Shown: piece by piece, positions 61,364 to 64,000 of the stretch
How positions within the stretch are numbered: position 1 is the first letter of the stretch
Layout: every line of letters starts with the position of its first letter
NCBI GenBank assembly: GCA_963705305.1
Contig: OY970067.1
Span: 3,328,001 to 3,392,000 of the forward strand
Length of the DNA: 64,000 bases
Reading direction: 5' to 3'
Origin: an uncultured Methylomirabilota bacterium
GTDB lineage: Bacteria; Methylomirabilota; Methylomirabilia; Methylomirabilales; 2-02-FULL-66-22
Notes under the pieces: model-generated
Told to the model about the DNA's origin: nothing
Databases searched by the model: none
What the model saw: only the letters and a program-made list of their open reading frames with translations
Made by a program: the position numbers and the translations under genes

Positions 61364-61558
61364 CTCGGTGCCGGTTCGAAGAAGGCCGCTCCCGGGCGGC
61401 GCGCATCGGCCGCGTTGTGTTTTCGGGGGAGTTGGGGTAGGCTACCGCCTTGATCGAGGCCGCCGGAAGAGACGGTGGACATGCACTTGGCGGCCGAGGG
61501 CTGGCTGCGCCGACGTTCAATCACCGCCCGGGCGGCAGGGTGACACGAGCCATCGACG

Positions 61559-61939
61559 ATGACTCCGAAGCGTGTTCTGGTCGTGGATGACGAGCCGGAC
61601 ATCCGCGAGGTCGCGCGGCTGGCCCTGGAGGTCGTGGCGGGCTGGACCGTCCAGACAGCCGCCTCAGGTCGGGAAGGGATCGCCATCGCCCGACAAGAGC
61701 GTCCGGATGCCATTCTCCTCGATCTCATGATGCCCGACATGGATGGGATGGCCACCGTCGAGGCACTCCGGGCCGATCCGGTTACGCAGGCAATTCCCGC
61801 CCTCCTGCTGACGGCCGCGGCCGAGGCAAGGGATGTACGCCGCATTACGGCGCCGACGGTGCAGGGCGTCATCCCGAAACCGTTTGACCCCATGACACTG
61901 GCGCAGCAAGTGGCCGCGGCCCTCCACTGGATCATATGA
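61559..61939 (+). CDS. Single-domain response regulator
   Basis: VLVVDDE, LDLMMPDMDG, KPF. Confidence 0.92.
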   Translation: MTPKRVLVVDDEPDIREVARLALEVVAGWTVQTAASGREGIAIARQERPDAILLDLMMPDMDGMATVEALRADPVTQAIPALLLTAAAEARDVRRITAPTVQGVIPKPFDPMTLAQQVAAALHWII

Positions 61940-62049
61940 GGCGCGCGGAGAGACGCGGCGAGGCGTGCAAGGCGGTGGCCGGATGGGAGTCGGGGGCTTG
62001 CGAGACGCGGTCGCGTGTCCGGCCGGCATGAGGTGAGAAGGGAGGCGAT

Positions 62050-62448
62050 ATGAGCCAGGAGACCATTCTGGTCGCGGATGACGACGAGCTCATCGGGCAA
62101 ATGCTGCACGACTTCCTGCAATCGCGGGGCTTCCATGTCGTGATGAGTCGGGACGCCATGCAGACGAGCATTGCCGTTCGCCGCGCGACGCCGGCGGCGA
62201 TTCTTCTGGACATCATGATGCCGGGCGGGTCGGGGCTAGAGGTGATGAAGCGGCTCAAAGGGGCCACGGGGGCGAAGAAGATTCCGGTCGTGGTCATGTC
62301 GGCGGCCGAGGATCCGGAGCTCCGGCAGAAGGCGATGGATCTCGGGGCGGACGAGTTCCTGTGCAAGCCGCTCCACCTCGAAGAGGTGTATACGCTGCTG
62401 TGCCGGCTTCTGGGCAAAGCACCCGGCCCGTCTTCGGCCACCCGCTGA
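62050..62448 (+). CDS. Single-domain response regulator
   Basis: ILVADDD, LDIMMPG, KP. Confidence 0.92.
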   Translation: MSQETILVADDDELIGQMLHDFLQSRGFHVVMSRDAMQTSIAVRRATPAAILLDIMMPGGSGLEVMKRLKGATGAKKIPVVVMSAAEDPELRQKAMDLGADEFLCKPLHLEEVYTLLCRLLGKAPGPSSATR

Positions 62449-62457
62449 GCGCGCAGG

Positions 62458-63222
62458 ATGCGTGCGGAGGATCCGATCGGGTGCCTGGCGGCAGGGCAGG
62501 TCGCGCCGCGCGTCCTGGTGGCGGGCCTGGCTCCCGATCTGTTTTCGTGGTTGCGGCAGCGGTTGGAGGGCGCGTCTGTCGAGGCGGTTCCGGAAGACCT
62601 TGCCGCCCTGGATGCTTTGCAGCAGAACGGTCGGCTCCTGCTCGTCCTGGACCAGGCGGGCCTGGGACCGAAGGCCCTGGAACTTCTGGTTCATCTTCGG
62701 GCGCATCCGGGGCTTGCCGCGCTGCCGGTTCTCCTGTGCCTCCGCCAGGCCGCACACGAGACCCTGGCCCACGAGCTCACCCGCGGCCTGGGATCGGTGC
62801 GCCTCATCCGGCATCCGCTGGATCCAGAGGCATTAGCCCTGCAGGCGGCCGGGATTCTCGGTGTGCCGGTGCCGGCAGGAGGGACCCCAAAGGTGCAAGC
62901 CACGGATCGGCTCCTGAAGGCCGTGGCGGGGGTCTGGGAGCGGATGAGGCCGATGATCCTGGCGCGCGTTCCACCCATCGAGGCCGCCGTCGCCGCGCTG
63001 CTGGAGGGGAGATTGGAAGAGGATCTCCGGGGTTGGGCTGTGCGCGAGGCGCACAAGCTGGCCGGCTCCCTGGGCACGTTTGGCTTTCCCGAAGGGTCGC
63101 GAGTGGCCCGTGAGATTGAGGATCTTCTCCAGGAAGAGCCATTGTCGGAGGGGTCCTCCGGGGCGCGGCTCTCGGAGCTGGCGCTGACCCTGCGGCGGAT
63201 CCTGGAGCAGCCGCGCACGTAG
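62458..63222 (+). CDS. Degenerate receiver plus Hpt phosphotransfer domain protein
   Basis: AHKLAGSLGTFG Hpt motif; N-terminal receiver-like domain lacking the acidic pocket and Lys. Confidence 0.82.
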   Translation: MRAEDPIGCLAAGQVAPRVLVAGLAPDLFSWLRQRLEGASVEAVPEDLAALDALQQNGRLLLVLDQAGLGPKALELLVHLRAHPGLAALPVLLCLRQAAHETLAHELTRGLGSVRLIRHPLDPEALALQAAGILGVPVPAGGTPKVQATDRLLKAVAGVWERMRPMILARVPPIEAAVAALLEGRLEEDLRGWAVREAHKLAGSLGTFGFPEGSRVAREIEDLLQEEPLSEGSSGARLSELALTLRRILEQPRT

Positions 63223-63266
63223 CGGAGTGCGGCCTGCGGCGACCGGCGCGGGGAACGGGAGAACCG

Positions 63267-64000
63267 ATGCGGATACTCGTTACCGGGGGAGCCGGGTTCA
63301 TCGGGTCCCACGTGGCCGACGCCTACCTGATCGCCGGCCACGACGTCGGAGTGGTGGATGATCTGTCCACCGGGACGACGGAGAACCTCGACCCCCGTTT
63401 CCACTTCTGGCAGCTGGACATCCGCGCGGCCGAGCTCCAGAAGGTCGTGGCGGACTTTCGGCCCAGGGTGATCAGCCATCACGCCGCCCAGATAAGCGTG
63501 GTCGTTTCGGCGCGCGAGCCGCGGCTGGATGCCGAGATCAACATTCTGGGATCCCTCAATCTCCTGGAGGCTGCCGTGCGATCGGGAGTCGAGCGGGTGA
63601 TCTTCGCCTCCACGGGCGGCGCCATGTACGGCGACAGCCAGGCGCCCCCCACGGCGGAGTCGACCCTCGCCTCGCCGCTGAGCCCGTACGGGGTGGCCAA
63701 GCTGGCTGTCGAGCGATATCTGCATGCCTTCGGGGCCATGCACGGCCTCCGGGGGGTGGCCCTGCGCTACGCCAATGTGTACGGCCCGCGCCAGAGTCCG
63801 CACGGGGAGGCGGGCGTCATGGCCATCTTTTCGAAAGGGGTCCTGGAGGGGCGGACGCTCACGATCCACGGAGACGGCGAGCAGACGCGGGATTATGTCT
63901 ATGTGACGGACATCGTCCGGGCAAACCTCCTGGCCACAGAGCTTTCCCTGGAGGGAGAGCTCCCCATCTTCAACATCGGGACGGGGCGCGAGACGTCCGT
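63267..64000 (+). CDS. NAD-dependent epimerase/dehydratase (UDP-glucose 4-epimerase-like), truncated by the window end
   Basis: MRILVTGGAGFIGSH, HHAAQ, SPYGVAK, LRYANVYGPRQ, GDGEQTRDYVYV. Confidence 0.93.
   Translation, partial: MRILVTGGAGFIGSHVADAYLIAGHDVGVVDDLSTGTTENLDPRFHFWQLDIRAAELQKVVADFRPRVISHHAAQISVVVSAREPRLDAEINILGSLNLLEAAVRSGVERVIFASTGGAMYGDSQAPPTAESTLASPLSPYGVAKLAVERYLHAFGAMHGLRGVALRYANVYGPRQSPHGEAGVMAIFSKGVLEGRTLTIHGDGEQTRDYVYVTDIVRANLLATELSLEGELPIFNIGTGRETS

Noticed and set aside
1..64000. CRISPR array, tRNA or rRNA genes
   Set aside because: No regularly spaced repeats, cloverleaf/T-loop signatures or rRNA sequence seen

Overview
GC-rich chromosomal window from a diderm bacterium (TolC and Pal present). 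The gene style suggests an NC10/Methylomirabilota- or deltaproteobacteria-like lineage, which is inference only. In order: (1) a sigma-54 two-component system (CxxCH sensor kinase, archaemetzincin, NtrC-type regulator) upstream of a redox operon (Cys-rich peptide, GcvH-like protein lacking the lipoyl Lys, triheme cytochrome c, 4Fe-4S protein, NrfD/HybB subunit); (2) TolC, TetR, a frameshifted UvrD-type helicase-nuclease, small enzymes, an intact IS1380 and an mntR-mntH-usp operon; (3) a LysW-carrier operon (lysWXY-[TA cassette]-ZJK); (4) divergent from it, an unassigned, heavily structured ~350-nt candidate ncRNA; (5) a ~24 kb accessory/stress block (Crp, UPF0182, DUF2934, Pal, PRC-barrel, HtrA, sugar ABC, phosphoketolase, type IIIA H+-ATPase, S2P-CBS, Usp) containing two 201-bp MITEs with 9-bp target duplications and decayed paralogs of two small Cys-rich families; (6) housekeeping genes (HAD, rmuC, antiporter, rodZ, CDF, a second sigma-54 TCS, EamA, receivers/Hpt, partial epimerase). 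No rRNA, tRNA or CRISPR array was seen. Several single-base frameshifts may be assembly errors. All calls come from reading motifs by eye; no searches were run.
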